The notes beneath the pieces are model-generated. The model searched no databases and was not told the origin of the DNA. It saw nothing but the letters and a program-made list of their open reading frames with translations. A DNA stretch of 64,000 bases from Camelus dromedarius (taxonomy: Eukaryota). The stretch lies in NCBI RefSeq assembly GCF_036321535.1, contig NC_087437.1:5456001-5520000 (forward strand), written 5' to 3'. Position 1 is the first letter of the stretch; every line of letters starts with the position of its first letter. Below are positions 62,872 through 64,000 of the stretch, piece after piece. Both the position numbers and the translations under genes were made by a program.

Positions 62872-64000
62872 CTGAAAATAAAGTTTACAGAAAGAATGAA
62901 ATAACAAAGTGCATTTTTAAAAATTTCAAAGTACTATTATTCCCAATATAACAAAAATAAGAAAATAAGGGAATCTTAATTTTTTATAGATAATGCAGGA
63001 TTCTATTTGAGTGACTGGCTTCATGAAGAAGTAAGTATTCTCTGTCAAATGGTAGTCTTTTTGTTTGAGAAGAGGTAGAGATAAATAAGGGAAAAGTGAT
63101 TTTGCTTGCCTAGGTTTATCTTATTTGTGCATTTATTCCCACCTAGAAGTTCTTTCTTACATGGTGATCAGGATCTATTAGAATAGATTTCCAAGTTAAA
63201 GTTATATTAATACATGTTTGCTATTTTTTTTTGCAAAAATATTTTTAGGCAGCTTTGTATTCCTTTCACAGCATTGTGAGGTAATGTGGAGCCCTTCTAC
63301 AGACTTTAAGACTCTTTCTGTATTTCACTTCTAAAAGTTAAGGGAAGTATGTAACCCCAAACTGGAAGAGACAGTACAATGTCTTATATTTTTCAATAGA
63401 TACTTATTGATTGAAAATATATAGGTAGTAGCATACACAAATATACCAGAAGCAGTAATAATATCTCACGGTAAACATTAGGAACAAGTAGGGCTTTTCT
63501 TCTAGTCATGTTTCAAGTAGGAATAATAAAAGATATACCCTACACTCCAGGTAGATGGAAAATGTAAACAAATGAGAGACATTGCAGAACTATTTTACTA
63601 TTATTTTGTCTCTTTCTAAAAATAAAATGTCTTTTAAGCTGAAGAAAGTAAACTGAACTAAGAAAATAAATGTTATTTATCATCAATAGTAGGTAAGTAT
63701 TCCAAATCCCACTTCAAATACTAAGGGAACCAAGACAAGATAAATTACGTGCCAGAAATCCATGGGGTTTATAAATATAGTTAAGTCATCAGAAATTTAT
63801 CCATTCCAGAAGCAGACTGTATCCAGAAGTCAATTATCTATATGAGAAGGTATCTGGAAATCACTGCAAACAAAGAATAGCTGACCCTACAGAAGAACCA
63901 GATTATCACAGGAGGAAAGCTGCCTTCAAATATTTTAGGAGTTATCACATGGGGAAAAAAGGGGGAAAGAGACATATTCCACCTGGCTACAGAGGTCAGT

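Overview
Eukaryotic (mammalian) genomic DNA, most likely a camelid, judged by three tRNA-Ala(AGC)-derived vic-1-type SINEs and young artiodactyl-type L1 3' ends. The right end (about 55.1-62.9 kb, minus strand) holds the last five coding exons and 3' UTR of DAZL, the germ-cell RNA-binding protein: the 24-aa DAZ-repeat exon through the C-terminal ...RRSRAVLKSV*, with a non-canonical GC-AG intron. A CpG island at about 9.2-10.1 kb carries a minus-strand first exon with a good splice donor; by known mammalian synteny this is most likely RFTN1 (raftlin), making 1-9.4 kb its intron 1. The ~45 kb between is rich in L1, L2, MIR, MLT/ERV LTRs and hAT MITEs. Notable observations: the GC donor, an open upstream ATG in the RFTN1-like exon 1, CPE/hexamer alternative polyadenylation architecture in the DAZL 3' UTR, a hairpin/GCNF-like site before skippable DAZL exon 8, a possible decayed membrane-protein exon split by an L1, an ERV1 solo LTR with a GAS motif, a local 127-bp duplication and a GC-shifted L1 copy. 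No prokaryotic-type systems (CRISPR, operons) are present. Repeat subfamily names come from recalled consensus resemblance, not a search; repeat boundaries without TSDs are approximate.
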